This document shows positions 1 through 10,445 of a DNA stretch of 64,000 nt, in pieces. The first letter of the stretch is position 1, and every line of letters starts with the position of its first letter. Both the position numbers and the translations under genes were made by a program. The notes beneath the pieces were generated by a model. It saw only the letters and a list, made by a program, of their open reading frames with translations. It was not told the origin of the DNA and made no database searches. Origin of the DNA: Hyphochytrium catenoides (lineage: Eukaryota; Protista; Hyphochytriomycota); the NCBI GenBank assembly GCA_900088475.1, contig FLMG01002942.1:1-64000 (forward strand), read 5' to 3'.

Positions 1-52
1 AAGAACAACCACAAAGAGTCAGATGAAAGAACGTGAGAGAAAAGTTTGATCC

Positions 53-3000
53 TCAACAGTATAGTGGAATCCATGGGTTGTCTGACAAGCAGCCCTTTTT
101 TACGTGCTTCAGCAAGTTCTCCCATTCCTGCTTAGCCTTGGAAGAGAATAGCGGTAAGCCAGTCTTGCTATCCTTAAGCTCAGCGTAAAGATCAAAGATC
201 ATCCCAAGCCTTTGCTCCAGCTGTTCTGGAGCAGGAATTCGCCTCCGGACTCTGGCTAAGAAATAATTATAGTCTTCAGTAAGCTTCGTCTGCAATGCCT
301 GAGTGCTCATCCCTAGTGACGAGCACAATCGTCGTGAGTTGTTACTAGCCAATTCACATATGATGCCAGACGACTCCTTCTTCGTCGTCGTTAGCGATCA
401 CGCACCCCCATGATAACAATCTTCCTACCTTGACGATGTAAAGCATTACAGACGGAATCCAAGTCCTCCTTATACGATAAACATTGCATCCCTTATGCGG
501 CTGCAGAACATTTGAAAGGCTCCATGCTTCTTGCTTAGGCACCTGGTTACCCGCATCATGGCGTGAACTGCGTCCAACTTGATCTAGCATTAGTACCCGT
601 AATACCAATGAAAGAGAAGAGAGTTGTTTGCGGTTAGAAAGGTACCACCATGATGCACTCAAGCAGATGTACAGTGCAACCTACACGTAAGTCTTCCCAC
701 TTCACAGGAGCGCCCGATTCCTCCATTCGAGAAACCCACTCTTCCCGATAGGACCAGTCTTCTGCTAAGTCCTCTTCGTCTTCATCGTTGCCTTCTTTAT
801 CTTGTCCAGATTTCTGTTCATCTTCAGGTGTTGATTGAGACAACCCAGAGAGATATAGTCTTATAAACTCTTTATCCGCCTCAGTGTGAAAGCCATCTTC
901 CCAATCTTCGCCGCCCCTGCCGCCAGGAGTTTTACAGCTCTGTTGCCCTTCCTGCAGCCGGTCAGGCGATCTTGATCCTTCGCCTACATTCTCATATCTC
1001 TCCTCCTGACATGATGCTTTACGCTGCACAGGTGTTTGAGTGTTATCCTTAGAGTGATCGTCTAAAAATTTTTTGCGGATAAACTCTGTGGGCTCTCTAA
1101 CATTCGCGAGTGGCCATACCACTATGCTCCCAAGGGCATCCTTCATGGTGACTGCCGACATATCCTCCTTCCTTTTTGCAGAATAGAGAGGCAAAATGAG
1201 GTTTGGTACCTTAGCACTGACAACTCTGACAGCCAGACGCTTAGGGTTGATGGAGAGCGCTCGACCGTGTGTGGAAACTGTCTGTCGAGTATTCACAGAG
1301 GATTTAGGAGGCGCCGGCAAGTGAACTAGCTCCCCAAACCCAGCCAAGGTCTTCCCATTCTTAGAGAGTAAGACGATTTTAGAGCCTAGCTCTGCAGTCC
1401 TTACATCTAGCTCTGGCAGCTCCAGCAATGACTTCTTCTTATCAAGGTAATCTGCAATTAGGAAGGAGGCCACGGCATCCATACTGGCATACTCAATCTG
1501 CTCTTCACTCAGATTCTCTTGGTCCCAGTTCGAGATGCGCAGGGTGTTAGATTTGTTCAGTGCCAAACCCAAGACAATGTTTGAGAGAGTGCTGAGAGAC
1601 ACGTTTCTCTGAACGGGAACGCCTTTGTCAACAGCTAAGTCCGCAATATCTAAGAGCGAAGAAACCTTGACTTTGAATGTCCGCTCCAGCCGAAGAGCAT
1701 CTTGCCTGATGCACCTGCCAACTTTTCGTATTCCCGGGTCTGCCAGCAGCTCTGCTATGCAGTCGGGCAGAGTAACTGGCGTCTGAGCTCTCTTTCCGGA
1801 CTGCGTCACCAGTCGGAATAGTAGCGGTCGAATCTGCAGTGTTCGGGAGTCCCTAAATGCCAGTTGCAACAAAGACACGCCATATCCTTCTCCGGTCGCG
1901 TGACCATTCTTCATCAACGTCCACTCGATGTCAAGACCCACGACTCCTCCACCGAACTGTTTGATTTCCTGGCAGAGTTGGAAGCTGGCGACGCGGTCTA
2001 TCTCGGAGATAATTGGTGCGAGCACAATGGCGCTAGCGACATTTGCCAGTGGGCTACTTTGGCAGCTGTTGCCGGGCAGCGGTGGTGTCCTTCCTTCATC
2101 TGTCTGCTGTGTAGGCGAAGACGGGCGGAGAGATGGCAGGTGTGTCAGGAATGCTTGGGAGGCTGCGCAGCACTTGTCCAAGAAACAAAGTTCAGGACCC
2201 TCCTAAAAAGGTGCCCTTATCCGAGTGGAAAGACCTGCCAGCAGCTTGGACACTTCCTCGTACGACTCGTTCTCAAGAAAAGAAAAGCTCACCACCTGAT
2301 GGTACTCGTTAAATAGAGTATACAGAAACGTAAGAGGGGTCTCACCTCCCACCTTAACCCTCTTTGCCAGTTTGCATGTTCCATCAGCCTTCAAGATTCT
2401 GCAATCTACCATCTGCATGTGGCGATCAAGGAAGTTCTCGCGTCTTTCCATCGCCTCAGTGAGCACAGCGTTCAAATACCCATCGGACGGCGGTTTGCCG
2501 TCATACGGCCCTTCAAAGGCAGGAAAGTCACCTAGTTCGCTTAAAAGTTCGCGAATTCTTTGTGTTGAACCTGTTAAGGTAGTTTGATAGCCACCATCGC
2601 CCACAATAGCTAGTTTTGCTCTTAGAAGTCTTGAAATGTAGTTCCTTGCCTTGGTATAATAGCTGCTCAAATAGTTGTCTTTCAGAAGCCCTTGGACAGT
2701 GGCTATTCCTAGCCCAGGTGAGCTGGTGGTGAGCTTGCGCATGGCGTCAATAACAGAGAGACATATGGCGCTTCGCTTAGTAATAAAACACGGGAAGTCG
2801 CTTGCAATGTCGGGAGCCATAAAGTCCAGAAACTTTTGGCTATAGCCGTTGAACGATTTTGCGCATGCGGTGCAATGGTATCTCTTACAACTCACCCAAT
2901 ATACATCATCCCAACCTTTGACCCTGCGCCAACCATGGGGATTGAAGCCCTCGCTGTCAACATTTTGATCCGACTTGCAGTCAGGGCAAGGAAGGACTCC

Positions 3001-3942
3001 TCTCTGGAATGCCCTCCGATGGACAAACTCAGGGACCCATATAAAGCCCTTCTTGAGACAGTCTATGACGGGATCTAACTCGTCTCCTCCTGACAGAAAG
3101 GCGGGATTTGGGGGCAACACCCAGTACGTATTTCCCAAGGGCCAGGAACCCTGGATACGCATTTGAAGTGATTGCTTTGTAGACCTGCGACCAGGTTTCA
3201 GCCTGATATTGGCCTTGAACTTTCTGAGCTCTTCGCTCAAAAAGGCTTGCTGAGGTGGAGGGGGAGGCTCCTCCTCTGGTAGTCGGTCTCCATCTAGGCG
3301 CTCATCCCTGTCTTCTGGAACTTCGAATTGATCGGGTTCATCATCGGCTTCTGACTTTTTGTTGCCAGCAAGAGGAGGTCCGCTACCCTGCTGCCCTGCG
3401 GTAGCCCTAGTGGAGACAGAAGCACTGTTTGCCTCAGTATTGTTGCTGTTGGCTGCTGAAGTGTCAGTGCCAAATGCTTCTCGTCTTCTCCCCAATGCAG
3501 CTGCCGTGGTATTAGCAGCGGCTCCTTTGCCATTTAAGTTTTGTTGTTGCCCATTCACTTCAGCTTCTTCTGCTAGTCCTGTGGCTAAAGAGGATGATGT
3601 CGTCAAAGGAATGCCACCAGAAGTACTGCTGAAGGACAACTGTATTGACATATTGTTGTCAGCTAGCCGTGTGCGTTTCTTGGCCCGCTTGACTTCTCTT
3701 TCACGCAGATACCGCTCGCGTCGCCGGGCTCCGCCTCCTCGTTCCTCATCATCTTCTTCTACTTCAACCTGCCGGGGAACGGTCGCCGATGAGTTACCAT
3801 CACCCATTAACGGCCACGCTCAGAACGTCTAATTGGCAACTTTGCACAGTACCTCCTTCTTTTGCTTGGGACAGGTTGTAATATTATGGCCTTTCTCACC
3901 GCATCCGCCGCAGGTAACCTCACTTCCCTTACGGGGAGCCAT
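53..3942 (-). pseudogene. Dada-type transposase gene, multi-exon, disrupted; 3' end outside the window
   Basis: Manual splicing: ATG 3942; introns 3852-3769, 684-584 (TACTAAT branch site, joins EDLR|IKLDAVHAMMR) and 428-313. ORFs 2203..3807 and 634..2181 are one frame split by a single TAG at 2205-2203 (APF*EGPELCFLDKCC). A frameshift lies near 470-475 (FIV/YKEDLD). The catalytic E would lie beyond base 1. Confidence 0.8.
1445..1944 (-). other. DEDDy (WRN/DnaQ-like) 3'-5' exonuclease domain inside the transposase
   Basis: ExoI GLDIEW, SLLQLA, ExoII IRQDA, SLSTL, SNW, ExoIII QIEYASMDA; all catalytic residues are present. Confidence 0.92.
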
Positions 3943-5106
3943 GATCGTCGTCGTTTGAGTACGCCACCACCTGCGATGCTGTAAAAATCGGCTGAAAGCC
4001 TCCCTTTCTCGCCACAATAACTTGCTGCTTGACACTCGTTCCCAGCACGACGACGGGCGGAGACCGACCTATCATCATCTGACGCAAGCAAGCAATAGCA
4101 GCACAAGCAGGGGGCAATAACGCGGCAATAATGCTGCTGCTGCTGCTTGCTGCTGCCTGCTAAGAAGAAGGAAGTGGTAGGAACTAGGGAGTGAAATGTA
4201 AGAAGGATGTGAGAAGCAAAGTATTTGATGAAGCAAAACTCAGCAGGTGCGCAACCCGTCCATCTCCCAGGTTAATACTACTTGGCCTGGTAGCCCAGCA
4301 TAAGGGCACCCCTGGCTAGAGGAAAATAATGGTACTAAGCCCTGCAGACCCCGTGTAGCCAGCGATAGGACTCAAAGAGTTGGCACATAGCCTTCAACGT
4401 ACGACAGTTAAGGTCGAAATCCCCTAGACATGAGGGCGATACCAAAATGACTGAAAAGTGCACGGTTTTCGATTTACAGTGGTAAGACATGAAGCGGCTT
4501 TGTGGTCCAAGTGGAGAGAAAATGAGAATGACAAGGCAGAGCCCACACTGGTGAAATAGACGCCCCTAGAAGGTGACTGAGAAGGCAAGAAGCACCAACC
4601 AGAAGAATGCAGTAAGAGTCCTACCTGCGGGCCTTACACTTGGGAGACGATATACAATTATCCTCGGGGGAGCTCTTGTAGACTTCGCTGAACGAAAGAA
4701 AGAGAGCAAAAATAGAACAAAAGAAGAAGAAAAAAAGATAGAGAAGTGTTAGTTCTTAGAGTCACTTCATTCACCTCATTAAAAGACCACAAACTATCGA
4801 GAAGGCGAGTCTAGCAAGACGACAGTTATTGTTGAGACGCTGTCAATGAAAGCGACCAGCGTGAATTCTTCACTAGCAACCACGTGCGGCACCAAAAAGT
4901 GATGGAGGAACTATACAATCAGTGACGCCAATAGATTGATGAAGCAGCTACCTGTGATTACACTTGGCCTACTATGTGGACAATTACCATGGAATTACGA
5001 TACGCCTTCTTCTTGTTCAGTAGGCTTCTACGAAGAAGGGCAGGAGCTAGGCAGCCAATGGTCCGTAAGCCAACCAGACGACTATCGCGAGTCAGAAGAA
5101 AGATTA

Positions 5107-5346
5107 ATGAGAGAAAGGAAGCAAGAGAAAGTGAAAGAGTGAGAGCACAACGAATTGTCCATCAGCCAACTAGCCTCAGACAACAAAGAAAGTGAGTCCA
5201 TAGTGGCTGAAAGAAGCTATGAATCATGAGAGGCAAGGAAGCGAGAGAGTGAGAAACAACAAGAGCAAAGGCGGATTGGCCATCAGCCGACTAGCCTCAA
5301 ATAAGAAACAAAGGAAGATCCATAGTGGCTGACGAAAAAACTATGA
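5107..5346. repeat. Two degenerate ~119-bp tandem units, each with an internal inverted pair
   Basis: Units start at 5107 and 5226; both contain ccatcagcc(a/g)actagcctca and tccatagtggctga. tcagcc(a/g)acta and tagtggctga are near reverse complements. Confidence 0.75.
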
Positions 5347-6573
5347 GAAGATGCAGCTGGAGGGCACGAGAGAGTAGAACTTCGTCAAACACTGTCCGTA
5401 GAAGAAGTGGTTAAGTGGTGCAACAGGGAAGGAAAAGGAGTTGAAAGTACAGACCAAGGTGGGGTGATCACCTTTGTAGAAGGTAAGTGACCAGGTTAAA
5501 AGAGCCAAAGAAGACAAGATGAGATAGGACAAGAAAGGAGTTGGAGCTCCTGGACTTACATTCTAGATCAAAGACTACACATCATCCCGGAGGTCACGGT
5601 ACCTTCTCTCTTTTCAGATCTCCTGGACCAGATGATGAACACTTATCTGATTGAGCATGGAGTCAATTGTTCAAACAACAGCGTCGCAGCATTGGGAGGC
5701 TGCCGGTTGAGAACAGCTCCCATGATGCCGAGATCATCAGGAAGGAAGAAGATGGTCCGCTTCAATACTAGCTGCTGCTACCGACCTGCTCGTCGAGAAA
5801 GAGTCAGGCAGGGTAGCAGAGGAAAATTGGCGAAGCATGACAGAAATGGCTATGACTTGCTAACCGAGTTATTGTCACCACCAGTAGACAGTCATCATCA
5901 TGCTCGGACGCCTTCAGAGGTCCAGTTGTTCGGTTCTGAACTTGTCCACTAACAGGAAGGCCCAGAGCAGCTTTTAGCGAGTAGGTATGCAGTTACTACT
6001 GAGGTTGGCCGGAAATCGGGAGAATTGATGACAGATGAGATATGTTTCTCTAGTAAAAGCTGATGAATGATGGAAGGCGCAATCGATAGACAGGACAGGA
6101 CGGGTAGGTTTTCCTCATCATGGTCTCCCCTACAATTTCTGAATTTTCCATGCTTTGGCCATTAATAGCCTCCTGCAAGGCCGACTGCAACAAGCCACAT
6201 GCGGTGCAAAAGACTATTCAAAGATTGCAGACTGTTATCTTCATGCTGGTGACGAGAAGGGGGCATCCGAACTAGTTCCTAGTGCGATAACATGAATGCA
6301 TGCAGATGAGATGAGAAGTTCATTTGGGAAGGACAAGGTCCAGTACAGGGTAGAAGAAGCGAGCTTCTTTCTTCTCGGACAATGTGCAAGGATGAAGAAC
6401 CTCAACAAGAAGAAGTGAAAATGGGGCAAAGGATAGCTTGCGTATACACGGCCTCTCCATAAATAGAGGAAGAGCAGAGCAGTAAGGGGTAAGAGGTCGA
6501 CGCTTAGATTCATAGACAACGGAGACTTCCTAGTTACCTACTAAGGCGACTAGAACGTTATAGCTGACCAACA

Positions 6574-7437
6574 TGAGTATTTCTGGTGAGATCTCTTTAT
6601 CGAGAGCCCCAAGCGATCGTTGTTGGCGAACCGTAATGCCTTTACTCACGGGAAACGCAGGAGCGAGCAGAGAAAGCGGAAGAGTGGAGCCTGGAAGCGA
6701 AGGCCTTTGGCTACGATACTGGCGCTCCTTCTTTTACCCCTCATCGTCACCTCGTCTTGTGCTTTGTCACTCTCAGTCTCTCAGAAACACACCTAGAGAT
6801 TGCTCTTCCTCTATCTCTCGCCCTCATCCTTTCTTATTTGTTCTCTGTTTGTCTGCTCTCCCTACTCTTTAGTCTCGCTTTCGTTGCCCTCTTTCTGTCC
6901 TCCCTTCGATCGCCTTCTCTGCCTCTCTATGTCACTCTCTCTTCCCATTTCTCTCTCACTTTTGTCTCCTCTCTATGCCTTGTTCTTCCTCTGTCTCGGT
7001 AGTAGAACCAGATCTTTCGGTCACTACTATGTCCCCCGTCGTGTCTTGGGATTTTTGCTGAGCTCCAGCTTCCTTCTTCTACAAAAAAAGAACACAATAG
7101 TAAGGCATCATAACGTGCTGCATTCTTGGCTAAGACGGCCCAGTACGGTTGATGTCGTGCTGGGGTAACCTTATCTGCTGACAGGAGGCCATTTATTCCT
7201 GGTTGTTGATGATCCCTGTTACGGTGTAAGTGATACCAGAAAGAAGCTCTTTCGCAACCTCCTCCTCCAACGTTAAGTTCTACTTCTGTTTTCTCACCTA
7301 GTCCCCCCTCTCTTACGACCACTTCTTTATTCCCTTCCGTCACCTTCGTCCCCTCGTGGAATGTGTTCTTTGTGAGAGGGAAATGACGGACTTCTCCCTG
7401 TCACTCAGATATTGTGTGTCTGGCTCGGATCCTAACA
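6574..7437. mobile_element. Possible solo LTR
   Basis: TG...CTAACA ends (TGTTAGG on the - strand), ~860 bp, CT-rich core; no clean 5-bp TSD. Confidence 0.3.
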
Positions 7438-7994
7438 ACAGTCTCGACCAAGAGGAAGAGCTGTATTAGTAGCTAAAAGCTAGGTCTAGATAGCCATCAT
7501 CAGCCACGGACCACTAAGAGAAACGTTAGTTGGCAGTAATACCGTCTTCTTCTTCTTCTTATTTAGCGGTCCCTACTACGAAGGACCTGTTCCCTTCATC
7601 GTCTCCAGAAGCTCCTCACCTTCAATCCGTCGATCGCGCCACCTGACCCCCAGATTGAGAAAGTAGGCGCCGAAGATAGAAGAAGAAGTGAAGAAGAAGA
7701 AGGGAAGTAGAAGGTGTGCCCCTCCCTTCACTCTTTATGTTCAAGAGTATTTTTTCTCTCTCACTGGCACCAACCAGGATTCTCTTTGTGACAACTGATA
7801 GAAGAGAGACAACTGAAAGGGATTAACCTCTATTTTCTCTATTAGCTCGCGTGCTACTTAACCTTTGCTGGTCTCAAACCGTAAGAAAAAGGACCGGTTT
7901 CCGTTTGGAAATAGTGTTGGTATCCGCTTCATCCGCTGGCGACAGCGGGAATCACCACTTGACAGGCAAGTAAAAGAGACAAGTATAGAGGAGA

Positions 7995-9432
7995 ATGGAT
8001 CCCCTGTGTCCCCTTGGGCCGTAGTCCCTCCGAGTCCCCCTCCTACTTATCTGAGAAAGAGGCACCTGAAGGACAGCTGCAACTCCAGCAGCGGGAGCAC
8101 GAATGACGACGAAGAGGCGGACCTGGCGGAGGAGGAAGAAGCCAAGCGTCAGAGGCGTTGTCAACACAATGATAGAGAGCGCAGGAGAGTCAGGGACATC
8201 CAAGAGGCTTTCAGGGGTCTGAGAACAGCCCTTGAAGAACTGGGATATTGCTACCACCGTAGCCAGCTTTCTATCTTGAAGAAGACAATGGAGATGGTCC
8301 AAGATATGCGACGCTCTATTGAGCTAAAAGAACGAGGAGGGCCTTGTCAAAGCGGCCAGCCACCTCCGCCAAGAAAGATCGAAGGCAACGAGAACGAGAA
8401 GGGGAATCACCAAGGACTTACCTCGGAGCGCTTGCGTTCTGTTGCTGCCAACGTCGAGTACCAAGGTGCAGAGGGCTGAAAAGAACGGTAGGTTCTTCCA
8501 ATTTTTCTCCCTTGCTGTCTCCTAATAATCTCGCTCCCGTGGCTGACAGGTGGATCGGCTCCGAAGAAGGCAGCAGTCCTCAGCGGTAGATGTGAGCTTT
8601 CAGTGATACCTCCTTTGGCAGAAGAGAAGGAGAATGGGCCCATCACGATGTCGGAAGGTGCCCCGCCCCGTCTTCTTCCTTAACCAGAGAAGCGGAAGTA
8701 ACTATTCTGCCTCTTCCTCCTAGGAAACATATCACCCCATTATTGTCGAACATAGTTCAAGGAATTACCGAGAAGGGGGAGATTGGGTCTTGTCTCAGGC
8801 TTAGTGGTCTAAGTAGTACTATGGCCACAGGATGCGGCAGCAGCACTGCCCCTATAACAACATCGACGCGCCAACAGATGGAGAGTCATCCAAGGACGAT
8901 AAGGGAGGAGAAGAAGAACGAAGAAGAAAAGATCAACAGACTCTTCTAAAGCCCTCCCGTCTTGCTACTGTTGCAAGCCAAAAGATGGCGTACCACGAGG
9001 AACAAAGAAAGGAAAAATAGCAGTGGAAGAAGAAGAGATACAGCAATCAGCACTATCTCTTCTTCTCTCTGTCGCTGACCCGCATTACCCTCTCATTAAC
9101 CCTCTGTCCGAGCTGACTAGTCTGACAGCAGCAGCTTCCCCGGGCCTCTCGTCTTCTGGAGAATGCTTGTGTCTCTTTAGTCAAGACCCCCTAATGAAGG
9201 TTTGCTGTTAGCTAGCGAGGCGGCAGGGCTTGTGCTGCCCAGTCAGTGCTCTATTGGCTTCAAAGCGGGACAGTCCACCCTCCTCTCCCTCTCTCCTTCG
9301 AGGGCATTCCTACCCTGCTCTGACACCAGAGAAGAACTATGTTCACAAGACCTCTTACTAGGCTCCTTGCTCTCTCTCTCTGGTGCGGTCCAAACCGGCA
9401 ACGCTGAGTCAGCCCCTTTTCTGTTGCCCTAA
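7995..9432 (+). pseudogene. bHLH subfamily A copy 1, disrupted
   Basis: bHLH HNDRERRRVRDIQEAFRGLR..GYCYHRSQLSILKKTMEMV. Relative to the paralogs, ATG 7995 is followed by a 1-nt deletion and a second frameshift lies near 8435. The intron 8488-8549 is at the paralog position. Exon 2 homology (ADPHY..LSEL..AAASPG; LPSQ..G.KA) is broken by stops and frameshifts. Confidence 0.8.
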
Positions 9433-9857
9433 AATAAACCACCCTGGGCGGTGGATAGTAATAGGGTTGCTAGAGGAAGCGCCGTCGTCTCCCTGGCTTC
9501 ATTTTTTCTCCTTCCTTTTGTTATAACTTTTCTACATCCTTCTCCTCCGTTCGAGTTTGTTCTCACCGCTCGCCGTCCTTCTCCTCTCCTTTCACCCGCA
9601 TTGTGGCACTCTTGGTTCCTTAGTCTCAGTTTGCTCCTCTCTCTCTTTCGTTCACTGCCTGAGGAGCGACGTACCAGCAAAACAAGAAAGTCTGAGCGAA
9701 TCGCTTGTTTTACCAGCCCTTGGAAGGAGAAGACGTATCATCACTCCTTTCTTTCAATGGGTGAACCCTAAGACCTGCGCTCATAAAATAAGTTCTCTTT
9801 TTTTCTCACAACGATGCTCTACTATACCTCTTTTCTATATCTCTTGGTTGTCCCAAT

Positions 9858-10445
9858 TGTAGGTCTCCTTTCTACCTGGCCCGCTCCAGCTGGCTCTATC
9901 AGTCTTTGTTAGCCCTACTAGTACAAGGGATGGTGGTGGCCAGACTCGTTTGATGTCGCTTAACGAAGTCGAGGGCAGGGAAAGAACTAATTCGTCTCCC
10001 GTCCACCAACCGCCATATGCGCACTGGAGGAGGAATAATGAGGAGGTAGAAGAGCCACATTGGGAGACTGGGGGGAGCACCTGACGCAGCAGGGATATAC
10101 TATGATAAAACGCAGAGAGGGGAGTACTGCGCAACGGTGGGACTCGGCGGACATGTCTGACACCCATCATCATCAAAGAAAGCGATCCCTAGAGGACGGG
10201 AGGCAAAGAAAGAGAGGGAGAAAGAGAAAACGAGACACAAACAGAGAGACAGAGAGAGCGAGAAAGAAAAGAGAGAGAAGAGAGAGAAAGAAGGGGGAAG
10301 AGACAGAATAAGAGAAGGTGCAAGTGGTGAACACACAGAATAGCAACACCAACAGAGAGAGAGCGACGCAAAGAGGGAGAAAATGAAAAGCAAAGCGAAG
10401 GTACGAGTCACCGTTCATTCTTCAATAGCTCTTCTATTCCTAACA
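9858..10445 (+). mobile_element. Possible solo LTR
   Basis: TGTAGG...CCTAACA near-inverted ends, GA-rich interior; no TSD found. Confidence 0.25.

Larger units (their letters stand above)
1..4254 (-). mobile_element. Dada-like DDE DNA transposon with exonuclease insertion; runs off the window start, outer boundary tentative
   Basis: Motif order on the - strand: CCHC knuckle, DUF6729-like Cys region (FIWVP..PCPDC..RYHCTAC..FP), ILKADGTCK (D1), FLDKCC (D2), DEDDy exonuclease, KLDAVH (DxxH), RVRRRIPAP, HVKKGCLSD. The boundary is guessed from GCGCAA at 4249-4254. Confidence 0.75.
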
